Positions 37,001 to 45,264 of a stretch of 64,000 nt of DNA are shown one piece after another (positions within the stretch are counted from its first letter, which is position 1; every line of letters begins with the position of its first letter). Origin of the DNA: an uncultured Clostridia bacterium (GTDB lineage Bacteria > Bacillota > Clostridia > UMGS1883); the NCBI GenBank assembly GCA_934454525.1, contig CAKSFM010000002.1, positions 9,792 to 73,791 of the forward strand, written 5' to 3'. The notes beneath the pieces are model-generated. The model worked only from the letters and a program-made list of their open reading frames with translations, did no database searches and was not told the origin of the DNA. The translations under genes were made by a program, and so were the position numbers.

Positions 37001-37542
37001 GCATCGATTTCATTTCCGAGCGCCGTGTCCAAAAGCAGGCGTACGCTCACGTTTTCATCCCTGCCGCTTTCGTTTTTAACCTCAAACGAAAGACCGACGT
37101 TTCCAGTTATATCGCTGTCGGCATCCTGCCCGAGAGCTGCCTTGAGAGTCACGGTTATTCCCTTTATTGTCCACGGAATCGTAAGCAGTCTGCCCTCCGC
37201 GCTGACGGCAGGCGTTCCGAGCTTGGAGTCAATTCCGAAAAAGCCGTAATCCTGACCGAAAATATAGTCCTTATCCCCGACACGCACTGTTATAAAAGAT
37301 GTTCCGTTACTGTGCGTTTTGTCCTCTGCATAAAGGAGGGGAATATCGTTATCAAGCACCTTTTTCGGATTGCCCTCGGCGGTTTCGATTGCGAAACCGC
37401 CCGTATCGGCATTAAAAGTATATGTTAAATACCCGTTTGTGATGCTGTATTGTGCCGCTTCGGAAGCAAATGCAGCCGGAGCAAGCGTCAGCAGCATTGC
37501 TGCCGCAAGTATATACGACAGTAATTTTTTGCAGATATTCAT
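31024..37542 (-). CDS. Giant (2172 aa) SLH-anchored secreted protein with unknown N-terminal and central regions, Big_2, FIVAR-like and Listeria/Bacteroides-type repeats
   Basis: Signal peptide MNICKKLLSYILAAAMLLTLAPAAFASEA; RBS AGGAGG. The C-terminal part has a Big_2-like segment (LTAWAVTDDGKRI...GTLTALAIGETAVKVKL), a FIVAR-like helix pair (KQALSDAINAAKELL...YTNGVTALDNAI) and a repeat AYAVNVLPSEHGKVSV...AVPDAGYAVEDILINGK. Three SLH repeats follow (FTDVLKTDWFGEYVKYVYD..., FEDVQADAYYAKAVAWAQ..., TSYADYSEASDYAIGALAY...). Confidence 0.8.
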   Translation of the reverse strand: MNICKKLLSYILAAAMLLTLAPAAFASEAAQYSITNGYLTYTFNADTGGFAIETAEGNPKKVLDNDIPLLYAEDKTHSNGTSFITVRVGDKDYIFGQDYGFFGIDSKLGTPAVSAEGRLLTIPWTIKGITVTLKAALGQDADSDITGNVGLSFEVKNESGRDENVSVRLLLDTALGNEIDAPYFVVDTDIKPTMTESEYAGDELPQQIRCVDSLSKPSKLSYILTKGWNGGVTADRAVIGHWANMANTRYDYKPDRYCDFTNYSNDHRMPDSAAALYWENKALANGESFCGELLYGVGNFSKNADGNVGINITAGRVELADDKKSYKNDGIIDVTVEIDNTVDGAVHLTNAMIRLTVDEKEFSVIEGDAAAVHKEIGSEIVTKQYKLKAVPQAELTAGTIYVSLTATQTLADGTEADFESAAERSVILRSTEGKLPDVQMNKINPKIVYTSGEKAVTVSGKMKAFKALKENQGWDLRLIHETTGESVLIKKSNISFLDDSYENMSFSTGEELTVGNYKLVFEFTNPQLVAELGKSITCPQKLQVSADPKYKLKMYGTMALIRTTDNNKTDYDFYAFENEGDYLSFYKGSTEKTGLLHGGKIKYNFGEEKAIGKHEILLTIRANLREMTRKSGENTETYWQASYSDGDIIINNMLSYEGEKPLELFEQNGEYTVKGDGLIKVVNSINVWRSKWSFSVNKGMVTSLDGERLEKKGEYTLGSKPLQLSLDGAATMIQSVGGFLVDLKFGEMSSKWHDGGDGIVTYGIGFGGSISIPISAKKKDNKATDLTADQEDMSEELNNLFDESLTADQEDMSLEMNDLFDETPKKTSSGAKLTKDTNLSEGQLSAEINNILFGEKGDVENGAVKVDSTGFIGIDAKTTLALPKDVLGSLVANSPGIYASVTINTIENIYQLDVGVNIKVIECEGTLAFKEVKVKGKDKILPDKIEFYVRNGLKIPLAPPVLYMTGLGGGINELADTIGGQFDSLPPITILLFTRLEAIETLIGDFNARVSLEGMSLTGDMKLKFSDKLLDLNAGIYAKWIEPWELNLYGNVSIIDGLIKGGITINIADHYFYGYIFASICIPDSIPFVGGKELAGVEAAVSHEFIGANIKIIGIRFGVIYYWGDGVSFGKNIDLSAPKKGDGTQNAMMSLESGDMIGCYGTNIHQLAATPVLTNGGISLLSAERSASINVSNAAGSDALLIEIPFTGTGTPAPGEITLKTPSGKTVQTVGDDGSGGGNMLVQEREDGNFIYVTVTEADKIENGIWTVTYTTENISIGTFMMNRVDDIAEITSCTAAHASETDYNIDASWSINGGAEQSGTIDVYLTEDKDILSKIKTSANKGDSLGTNILHKDYDKISSGSEKITLPKTMPSGTYYVVTTLSTSEGISLAMAASPVKFKNPELPKPVKGAHINYGGNGNLFVKVEDADSPDYTHYIAEIVANDGTVLQNNIGQFEQGKNFVFGKEAGLEVGKTYHVNIRTLNEKYEKLGEEYKTVYYYGDDTVSSDLFTLEEKHTVMPKLESVKASFDTSKEYISQNSVTVEYTFSEPVFVELSINGGQKAYSGGQFKKDWKFTLDGLEDGDYIIDFTAYTETKNHITGSDSELADAQLGFTVDTSAPVLSLGRKTADSVEQDGSGAVKAIFGANTVLTDENGNYTIEGLTEKSVSFTVDGAETGIARGANGSFVYTGKLADGESYKQHTLCAVDNAENKSETVVSVIRKGAFSLKEIEIRNGDNEIPQSNGEKKLSVRNGHTAALTAWAVTDDGKRIRLENDAVLWNVLYGKNNVSVSDGTLTALAIGETAVKVKLKTADIELSGGDVASGGLSDYAIVEIGQNSKNDLADKISEAENVLASNPSASEDKKQALSDAINAAKELLNNPSATEEDYTNGVTALDNAISVFNRTDSRRGSSGGRAAAYAVNVLPSEHGKVSVSSSRAYSGSSVTITAVPDAGYAVEDILINGKSVGRAEIYTVQSISEDLNIQVIFGEKSDLPFTDVLKTDWFGEYVKYVYDNGLFNGVSDALFAPNTEITRAMMVTVLHRADGTPEAAASSFEDVQADAYYAKAVAWAQKNNIVLGISNEQFAPDQNITREQIAAIIYRYARYKGQDVSAAEKTDITSYADYSEASDYAIGALAYMVGSGIMKGRTDSTLNPKDYATRAEISAVMQRFLSK
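35074..35187 (-). repeat. In-frame tandem duplication (2 x 57 nt) encoding a 19-aa acidic motif
   Basis: LTADQEDMSEELNNLFDES / LTADQEDMSLEMNDLFDET (15/19 identical), inside the 2172-aa ORF. Confidence 0.85.
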
Positions 37543-37557
37543 TCCTGCTGTTCCTCC

Positions 37558-40500
37558 TTAAATATAGATATAAACCTGAAGCACAAAGTAATCGCGCTTA
37601 TCCGTCTGAAGATAGAATGTGTGCCAGCCTTCTGAAAGTCCTGTCACTGTGAAGCTGCCGTTTTCATCGCGCGGAACAACAATTTCGCTCTTTTTCATCT
37701 GCCCCATTGTTTTAAGTCCGCTCATGCGGCGAACATATACAGCCGCGCTCGGAGAAATGTTCTTAAGGCTTACAGTCACCTTACCGCCCTCAACCTCGCA
37801 TCTGCCGGACGCATCGGGAAGATTTCCATTCACGAATGCAACCGTGTCGTGCATGCCGACAAGGCGCACCGTGCGCTTAACCTCAGTGATGTTATGCGCT
37901 TTATCGGAAACCGAATAGGTGATTGTATATGGCTTTCCGGAATCAAATTTATTCTTATTTATGTCGCTCGGATCAAAGCCGCCCCAATCAATCTTAACCG
38001 TTCCGTTTAAATCAGTGCCTTTTCCGAAAGCATCGAACGCATTGAATGCAACGCCCGGCTTTTCAAGCATGTCACGGTTATACGCCTCGCCGATGGAGCT
38101 GTTTTCATAGAACACAAGCTCATTCTTTCCGAAAAGGTCAATAACCGGCGGAATCCTGTCGATAATTTCAACGTCAACGCCGTACGAATCTGTGAGAAGA
38201 TTCGACTTTTCCATGTCAAATATGTAAAGTCCGTTATCGCTGTATACCTTTTCGTTTTCCTTTGCATATTCCCCGCTGCTGCCGGCAATTCTCGTTTCGT
38301 CATCGGTAACAACCGTGACCGTAACATCCCGGTTTGTCACGGGGTTCACATCAGACGCGATAACATAGCCTGCCTTTGACGGCGTTATTGAGCCGTCACG
38401 CGTTTTTGTCTGCCATTCGCCGTTTTCAAGTTCATCGTATTCATAGCTCCATCTCACCTGCGTGATTATGGGCGCCTTTGTGTCGATATCCTTAATTTCA
38501 ATGGTCAGGAAAGCTGACGTTCCCTCATCGTCATACGTTTTGAAGGTGTAGAAACCGTTTTCGCAGAACACAAACTCTGCCGTGTCGGCTTTCTGAACAA
38601 TTCCCCCGTATGTAACCGTAACATCGCTAAGCCCGCGCCGCTTGTCGATTGCTTCGCCGGTTTCTGAATTTTTCGCCTTGTCAAACCTCACGCTGACCTC
38701 GGTTTTGTTCGGATTAGGTGTCATAACGGCTTCAAGCGCCGGGGGCGTTGTGTCAATATTTGCAACTGTCACATCGCGCACACCCTCGTTTCCGAATTCG
38801 TCTGTGAAGTATACGTCTACCGTGCCCGGCTTTGTGAATGTTATAACCGATGTTGTGTAATTTACACTGTAATCCGATTCCCGAAGCGTTCCGGACGGAT
38901 TGTACTCAATTCTCGTTATGCGCACATTCGGCTTTGAAAAGGTGAGCGATGCGCTGACCGGGCGCGAGGTTACCTTTTCCGTGCTGTACTCAACCTCTGC
39001 TGTGGGAACGGTTTTATCGATATTGCCAATGCTGAAATTCTTCGAGGTTTTATTTCCCACGCCGTCCAGCATAACAATGCTGTATACTCCGTTTTCTGTT
39101 ATGTTATACTCATAAACTCCGCCGTTTTCATTAAGCTCAGTGCTGCTGTTTGCAGAAACAAGCATAACCTTGCCGACTCCGCTCTTTTCATCCGATGCAG
39201 TTACGGTAAGTCGGATATCCTTGTTTGTTTTTCCCGTTTCGGACAAAGTGTAGCTGATTTCACCGGGTTCGCAGTCGAAATTATCGAGTGCGTCCGCGCG
39301 GACGTCCTTTGTATATCCGAACTTATCCTTTATTTTAAAGGTAAATGAACGCTCGAACGAATCAAGCTCCTTTTCAAATGAACCGTTATTGTTCAGAACG
39401 CGGATTTCACGGTCGCCGATTTCCCATCTTGTCTGGTCATCGCCGTAATCCGTTATCGGTTCAAGCACAACCTTTGCCTTTTTATAGAACGATTTTTCAT
39501 CTGCCGGATCGGCAATTTCAACCCACTCGTCATTGCTGTCCTGATAATAATACTTAAGCTTGTAATCCTTATTTTCCTCAAGCTCAAGCTTGCAGATTGC
39601 GCCCATTGTTCCGAGACCTTCCATAAAGTTAAGCATTGCCCAGGATCTGTTTCCGGACTTGTTTTCAACTTCAACAGCACGGATTCTGTGATTATCACTG
39701 AAAGTATAGCGAATCATTTTCACGCTCTTGGGGTCGGTATCTCCGTAATAATCGATTTTTACGGGAATATTGTACTGTGCGCCGTTCCAGCTCCACGGTT
39801 CTTCGCTGTGGTCTTCGTCAATCGGAGCTTCAACGAGTATCTCCGATTGCGTTTCATCGTCATCTTCTCTGAGCAGCGTGATTTTTCTGATTCCGCTCTC
39901 CGCGTCCTGTGCAGTCACATAGAACATAACCTCTCCGGCAGTGGGAATAATTCTTTCGGGGTGACCGTAATCGTCATCGCCGAACACAAATATTTCCGGC
40001 GTTACTCTTACGCTCGTTTCGGGAGGCGTGTTATCGATTCCGTCAAGCACAAGGCTCTCAAGACTCCACGTTGACGGCTCGGTATTGGTTTCATCGAATA
40101 TGTAAACCTCAATCAGTCTTTCCGTTGATTTTGCCAATTGATAATAAAACTCCGAGCTTTCATCCTCAATGGGAACTATCTTATAGACAAGCTTGGTATA
40201 TGTACTGTCGCTTGCGCCATGCTCAGATTCCTCCTCCGAGAACACAAGACCGTTCTTCGGTTTATCGCCGGTCGGAATCGGGGCAAGATTCTTGCCTGCT
40301 TTTTCGGGCGTTATGACAAGCTTCGGATAATTATCGGGATTTACAAGGCTGTAATCCGTGATGAGCGTTTCGCCGTCATATATTTCCGCCTTAAGTCCGC
40401 CGGTGGAGTTAAACTCAATTCCCTCCGCTTTCAGCCGCACAAGCTTTGTTCTGCCGATATCATCAACGGTGTAAAGCATATATTCGCCGTTATTTTCAAT

Positions 40501-43500
40501 CGTGAACGAATAATCCTGCGAATAAAATCCGCCGAGCGATTTTGCAAGAGCAAAATTTGTTTCGGTGATTTTTTCCGCTGCCGTCAGTCCGTCTGGATCA
40601 ATCAGCGTGTTGTCAGCCTGTGTTCTTATCTTATCCTGCGGAAGAACATAGACAGGCATATTGAATTTCACTTTCACAATCGACTTTTTGCCTGCTTTCA
40701 TGGGATTGAGCGTAAATTCACGCGAAAGCTCCGCGTCTTTCGGCGAAAGCGGCTCGGAGGATATTATATCAGCCGTGTTGCCGACGCTGTCCTCCGCGCG
40801 GATGCAGATAAAGTAATTTCCCGTCAGTCCGGCTGCGCGAACGCTGTAGGTCAGATTTTTTTCACCGTCCCACAATCCTTCTTCCTCGCGCGTCTGCATT
40901 ATTGTGATATTTTCATCCGCTGATTTTTCAAACAGTTTATCGTTAATTTTTCCGTTTGATATATATGTTTTGTAATCTTCCTCGCTGACAGCCGTTACCA
41001 GAACACCATCGCCCTTAACTCCGTTTACGGTGACTGTTGCCTGCGCGTCCGTTCTTGCGCCCGAAGCCGTGTGTGATATGCGAATATCCGCTGCCGGCAC
41101 TTCCCTGTCAATTCCCCTTATCGTTACGGGAATTTCTGAAGAGTTGCCTGCTGCGTCCTTTGCGCGGAGCTTTGCATTATCAACATTTTCCGTTACCGTT
41201 ATATTGAACACATTCCGTTCATTCTCAGCTTTTTCAATCTTTATTGCCGCGCTGTCAGATGTCAGCGTCAGCTCGCTGTCAAGATTATCACTGAGATAAA
41301 CTTTTCCGCTTATACTCTCGGCAGTGTGCTTATCCTCAATCACAAGTCTGGACTGCGGCGCCGTTTCATCGTGATAAAACTCAATCTCTCCCGACCAAAC
41401 CGTTTCAGCATTTATTTTGGAAGTGTTGCCGTCAGCGTCAAACACAGCCGCCTGAATATAAAGAATATTTTTCCCGTCCGAAAGGCTTGCCACGGGCGCC
41501 TTTGTGTTAATATCTGCGGTTATAACATCTCCGTTTACCGCCGCGTCACCTATCTTTACCCAGTCACCGAGCATTGAGAGGCTTTCACCGATTCGGCAGT
41601 AAATTGCCTGATTTTTCATCTTCGCTGCATTTCTGAAGTTTTCCGAAACTTTAACGGAAACCGTGATATCGGATGAAGCCGTCAGCGCTTTTTCGTTATA
41701 CTGCTTATCGGTCACGATTGAAGCCGTGATTTCGGGTTTTTCGCTCCTTATCCCGAAGCTTTCCGAAACGGCGGAGCTTTCAATTCCGTTTTTGTCGGTT
41801 GCGCGAACCTTGAGTGCATAAGCGCCGTTCGGAATACTTCCTATATTAATATTCTGCGAAATTGCTCCGTCCGCTGTTGTCAGTGCAAATTCCTCAAGTC
41901 CTTCAACAGGTGTTCCGTCAGGATTCACAACCGACGCAACCCCCTCGGTCACTCCCGAAGCGTCCGTCACAAAGACGGAAACTGTCTGAAGCGCCTTGCA
42001 GGTATCGGGCGCCAGACTGCGCGCACTTATTGCCGGCCCTTCATTGTCAAACGAGAACGGTTTTTCCGTGTAGGAAGCGCTTTTTTCACCCGACGGCGGA
42101 ATTATTTTGCATACAAGCGTGTACGCTCCGTTGAGCGCGCTTGTCGCAGCATTGTCTGCGGTGTTAATTCCGTCCGTGTATTTTACATATTTCGTTATGG
42201 GATTATTCTTCGAGTCTTTCCAGAGATACTCCACCTTATTATTGCTGTTCGTGCTTACCGTTATTTTGTAGTTACGGTGCGGAACGGATGAATCGCTTTC
42301 CGTTTCGATTCGGCAGGCAGTATCTTCATTATTAATATTTATATCGCGGACAGATTGGTCTGTTGCATTGCCGAAGCCGTCCTTTGCGAAATATATCAGC
42401 CGCCCCTTAAAGTTTTCTCCCTTTTCAACGCGGATGATTGCCGAAGCCGTGTTTCCGTTCTCCGTATCCGCCTGGTCGATAAACGCCCATCTGTTAAGCG
42501 TACTGTCAATCTCTCCGCTTGTCTGCTTCTGCGCGGTGTTTTCGTCAAATTCCGGAACATTTACAAGACTGTCCGTGAAGCAGTAGTAGAGCCGCCCTGT
42601 TTTCGAAGCGTCCGTTATCTTCACAGAATAGCTGTTGCTGCGGCTGCCGTCCTGTTTCCGCAGTCCGCACTGTTCGTCCACCGTAACATCCGGCGCTTTG
42701 TTATCAAGAAGAACGTTTTCAATCTTTTTCGAGAGCGGATTTCCTGCCGCGTCCTTGCCTGAAAATACAAGTGTGAAGCTGCCCTCAACCGCGTCGCGCA
42801 GGCGAAGCGTGATTCCGGTATCGCTGCCCTTTGTTGCGGGCACTTTCTGCGTTGCGGACGGCGAATTTTTGCCTTTATAATCATAGATTGCAACGTTTGA
42901 GCTGCCGTTTTTCAGTTCCATAACGGCGTAACCCTCCGTAGTGGTTTCTCCGCTGCCGAGCGCGGAATAGATCGTTTCGGCCGGAGTCACGGTAAGGTCT
43001 GCCGTTTTGTGCCATTTTGACAGATATTCCTCGGCGCCGCCCTCTGCCGCCGTCAGGCGAAGGTCGGGGCAAACAGCGTCAACCTTGTTGACTGAGGAAA
43101 TGCAGGAATATCCCACTTTAGCTCCGTCGCGAAGCGTTGCCGTGTTTCCGCCGAACAGCACCGGCGAAAGCGTACCTTTCAGCACAAGCTCAATGCTCTT
43201 ATTCTGCGAATCCGCTTTTTCGTCATACGGGAACGTCAGCTTAAATGTGTTTCCGTATATTGTCAGTCTTTTATCCCGCGCTTCAAGCCTTTTTGAAGCG
43301 TCACCCAGTGCAATATATGCCTCCGAAAAAATCAGCTTCGCTCCGTAAAGATTATCCTCTGCGGAAAGATGATCGTTGTTTCCGCCCGTCTTTATCGTTC
43401 CCGTAACTGTAATGCTTCTTGTTCCATCGGCATTTTTGATTGTATTGTTATAGAAATTGTTGTCATCATTATATTTTTTGTCTGTTGTTGACGGAACATA

Positions 43501-44469
43501 TTTGTTCGTGCTGAACGACACGCTTTCAATCTCGAACGCCTTGCGGACAAATGTTATCTCCTTCGTATACTTATCGGGAGATTTTTTTGTTCTGACCGTT
43601 CCATCGGGAAAGCCGAGCGTTGCGCTCACGGTTATTCTGTTAACGCCGTTTTTGTTCATATATGCCGCAAGAGCGTTTTTCTCCGCCTTGAGGCCCGTAT
43701 CCCCGAAAGTGAAGCCGGCGTTTGTCTGAAGATCCTTCTGATTAACCGTTCCGCCGTCCTTTTTCTGCCCCGAAAATGCATATGTAATTGTCGGCGGCGC
43801 GCTCAGATCCAGACAGTAATATTTCTCTCCGATAGGGCTGTCTGTTACCACACGCACATACTGGTCTCTCACATAACCGTCGTATTTCAGCTCATATGTG
43901 CCGGAATCGCTTCCCGAATCGCTCACATAAACCGTAGCCGGGTCGGTAGTAAAGTTACCGGTTTTCTCTATCACGCGCTCGGGCCAGAAAACATATATGA
44001 GCCTTGTCTGCTTATGGTCGTCTGTGTCGAGCCATTTTCCGTCATTCTTGCCCATTCCGTTCGGATAGTTTCTATCAAAGAGGGCTTCATTATAGCCATA
44101 CTCGGGAGCGCTTTTTTTCGAGCGGCGCACCCACATGTAATATGACCTTATCTTAACCGCGTCCTTATGGTTATTCTCAAAGGTGATTGTATCAAGCGTC
44201 CACGGTGCACGCGTTGACTGATACTCGGTTCTCGTTTCCGTTCCTTTTTTGTTTACGCCCTGAACGTTGAAAACCTCGTAATCCTTCCCGAAGCGCATGT
44301 GACACTGCACATTGTTTTTTCCCGTTGCAGAATCCTTTGCATTGCTGACTTCGAATCCGAGAGTGTACACCCACACATACTCTTCCGCCGCAGCGGCAGG
44401 TATGCCGGCGAGCATTGACGCAAGCATGCAAAGCGCCATCGCCATGCTCATAATTCTTCTTCGCCTCAT
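37558..44469 (-). CDS. Giant (2303 aa) secreted protein: PLAT/LH2-like N-terminal domain followed by many Ig-like domains; no recognisable wall anchor
   Basis: Signal-like N-terminus MRRRRIMSMAMALCMLASMLAGIPAAAAEE. At least 9 domain boundaries have the form (I/L)D-x-x-(A/P)P (DNKAPDV, DNEGPAI, DETAPQS, DREVPAA, DNTPPET, DKTVPTA, DTTPPAL, DTKAPII, DRIPPVI). A DUF5011-like segment lies near the C-terminus. No LPXTG or SLH. The ATG overlaps the TetR stop (ATGA). Confidence 0.8.
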   Translation of the reverse strand: MRRRRIMSMAMALCMLASMLAGIPAAAAEEYVWVYTLGFEVSNAKDSATGKNNVQCHMRFGKDYEVFNVQGVNKKGTETRTEYQSTRAPWTLDTITFENNHKDAVKIRSYYMWVRRSKKSAPEYGYNEALFDRNYPNGMGKNDGKWLDTDDHKQTRLIYVFWPERVIEKTGNFTTDPATVYVSDSGSDSGTYELKYDGYVRDQYVRVVTDSPIGEKYYCLDLSAPPTITYAFSGQKKDGGTVNQKDLQTNAGFTFGDTGLKAEKNALAAYMNKNGVNRITVSATLGFPDGTVRTKKSPDKYTKEITFVRKAFEIESVSFSTNKYVPSTTDKKYNDDNNFYNNTIKNADGTRSITVTGTIKTGGNNDHLSAEDNLYGAKLIFSEAYIALGDASKRLEARDKRLTIYGNTFKLTFPYDEKADSQNKSIELVLKGTLSPVLFGGNTATLRDGAKVGYSCISSVNKVDAVCPDLRLTAAEGGAEEYLSKWHKTADLTVTPAETIYSALGSGETTTEGYAVMELKNGSSNVAIYDYKGKNSPSATQKVPATKGSDTGITLRLRDAVEGSFTLVFSGKDAAGNPLSKKIENVLLDNKAPDVTVDEQCGLRKQDGSRSNSYSVKITDASKTGRLYYCFTDSLVNVPEFDENTAQKQTSGEIDSTLNRWAFIDQADTENGNTASAIIRVEKGENFKGRLIYFAKDGFGNATDQSVRDININNEDTACRIETESDSSVPHRNYKITVSTNSNNKVEYLWKDSKNNPITKYVKYTDGINTADNAATSALNGAYTLVCKIIPPSGEKSASYTEKPFSFDNEGPAISARSLAPDTCKALQTVSVFVTDASGVTEGVASVVNPDGTPVEGLEEFALTTADGAISQNINIGSIPNGAYALKVRATDKNGIESSAVSESFGIRSEKPEITASIVTDKQYNEKALTASSDITVSVKVSENFRNAAKMKNQAIYCRIGESLSMLGDWVKIGDAAVNGDVITADINTKAPVASLSDGKNILYIQAAVFDADGNTSKINAETVWSGEIEFYHDETAPQSRLVIEDKHTAESISGKVYLSDNLDSELTLTSDSAAIKIEKAENERNVFNITVTENVDNAKLRAKDAAGNSSEIPVTIRGIDREVPAADIRISHTASGARTDAQATVTVNGVKGDGVLVTAVSEEDYKTYISNGKINDKLFEKSADENITIMQTREEEGLWDGEKNLTYSVRAAGLTGNYFICIRAEDSVGNTADIISSEPLSPKDAELSREFTLNPMKAGKKSIVKVKFNMPVYVLPQDKIRTQADNTLIDPDGLTAAEKITETNFALAKSLGGFYSQDYSFTIENNGEYMLYTVDDIGRTKLVRLKAEGIEFNSTGGLKAEIYDGETLITDYSLVNPDNYPKLVITPEKAGKNLAPIPTGDKPKNGLVFSEEESEHGASDSTYTKLVYKIVPIEDESSEFYYQLAKSTERLIEVYIFDETNTEPSTWSLESLVLDGIDNTPPETSVRVTPEIFVFGDDDYGHPERIIPTAGEVMFYVTAQDAESGIRKITLLREDDDETQSEILVEAPIDEDHSEEPWSWNGAQYNIPVKIDYYGDTDPKSVKMIRYTFSDNHRIRAVEVENKSGNRSWAMLNFMEGLGTMGAICKLELEENKDYKLKYYYQDSNDEWVEIADPADEKSFYKKAKVVLEPITDYGDDQTRWEIGDREIRVLNNNGSFEKELDSFERSFTFKIKDKFGYTKDVRADALDNFDCEPGEISYTLSETGKTNKDIRLTVTASDEKSGVGKVMLVSANSSTELNENGGVYEYNITENGVYSIVMLDGVGNKTSKNFSIGNIDKTVPTAEVEYSTEKVTSRPVSASLTFSKPNVRITRIEYNPSGTLRESDYSVNYTTSVITFTKPGTVDVYFTDEFGNEGVRDVTVANIDTTPPALEAVMTPNPNKTEVSVRFDKAKNSETGEAIDKRRGLSDVTVTYGGIVQKADTAEFVFCENGFYTFKTYDDEGTSAFLTIEIKDIDTKAPIITQVRWSYEYDELENGEWQTKTRDGSITPSKAGYVIASDVNPVTNRDVTVTVVTDDETRIAGSSGEYAKENEKVYSDNGLYIFDMEKSNLLTDSYGVDVEIIDRIPPVIDLFGKNELVFYENSSIGEAYNRDMLEKPGVAFNAFDAFGKGTDLNGTVKIDWGGFDPSDINKNKFDSGKPYTITYSVSDKAHNITEVKRTVRLVGMHDTVAFVNGNLPDASGRCEVEGGKVTVSLKNISPSAAVYVRRMSGLKTMGQMKKSEIVVPRDENGSFTVTGLSEGWHTFYLQTDKRDYFVLQVYIYI

Positions 44470-45068
44470 AACATTGCCTCCAATTCTTCCATATTATTAT
44501 TTTTATTCTCTTTAAGAACTGCAAATACCGAAAGCTTAAGCGCTTTCATTTCCGATTCAAGATAATACTTGTCTTCAAACAATGCATAATGCACCGCCGC
44601 ACGCACAAACAAAAATATAAAACCTGTAAGAATATCCTCCGGAATCCCCAGAATCGGCGAAAGTCTTTGTGCATACTCTGTGTATCTCCGGCTCACACCC
44701 TCAACAAATTTCTTTCCATGCTCAATGTATTTCGGATGCGTGTAAACCTGGTACATAAGCCTGTATTTTTTCCCGTGCTTCTGCGCCGTCCAGTAAGGAA
44801 TTTCTTCGATAAACCTAAGAATATCCATTGGGTTTTTCGGCGCAAGCTCCATAAAGTCGTCCTCAACCTTTGCCATGCAATATTCGGTTGACTGCGTTAT
44901 AAGATCGTCAACATTGTCAAAATACCCGTACAGATTTGCCGATGTCATGCCGCAATATTTTCCAAGCTCCTTTATCCCCGTATCGCGCAGTCCGTTATCG
45001 CAGTAACATTCAAAGCATTTCATCATTATCTCTTTCTTTTTTTCCTCGCGGTATTTGGGACTTCGCAT
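44466..45068 (-). CDS. TetR/AcrR-family transcriptional regulator
   Basis: N-terminal HTH FECYCDNGLRDTGIKELGKYCGMTSANLYGYF with an all-helical C-terminal domain, 200 aa, RBS AGAGGTGA. Confidence 0.8.
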   Translation of the reverse strand: MRSPKYREEKKKEIMMKCFECYCDNGLRDTGIKELGKYCGMTSANLYGYFDNVDDLITQSTEYCMAKVEDDFMELAPKNPMDILRFIEEIPYWTAQKHGKKYRLMYQVYTHPKYIEHGKKFVEGVSRRYTEYAQRLSPILGIPEDILTGFIFLFVRAAVHYALFEDKYYLESEMKALKLSVFAVLKENKNNNMEELEAML

Positions 45069-45084
45069 TAAATCACCTCTTTAA

Positions 45085-45102
45085 TTACTGATTGATAAGT
45101 AA
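45085..45102. promoter_or_regulatory. Candidate TetR operator (imperfect 18-bp palindrome between -10 and RBS)
   Basis: ttactgat-tg-ataagtaa: 8-bp half-sites matching 7/8, placed between the -10 (45103-45108) and the RBS. Confidence 0.35.
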
Positions 45103-45131
45103 ATTATAACACGCACTTTCCGAATAAGCAA
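45103..45131 (-). promoter_or_regulatory. Strong candidate sigma-A promoter of the TetR/giant-protein operon
   Basis: Minus strand TTGCTT (45131-45126), 17-nt spacer, TGT-TATAAT extended -10 (45111-45103). Confidence 0.65.
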
Positions 45132-45264
45132 TAGAAAAAAGAAAAAATTTTTAGTTTTTTTGACAAAATCAAAAGTCGCCGATGAGGCTCTGTTCAGTGA
45201 ATCCAAAGTGCAAAAATGCAACAGGCATATTGCCGATGTTCTGAACGGACAAAATTTCACAAGG

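Noticed and set aside
44380-44469. The MRRRRIMSMAMAL N-terminus of the 2303-aa protein could be a twin-arginine (Tat) signal.
   Set aside because: The arginines are at the extreme N-terminus, without the S/T-R-R-x-F-L-K context. A Sec signal with a strongly basic n-region is equally compatible, and this cannot be decided by eye.
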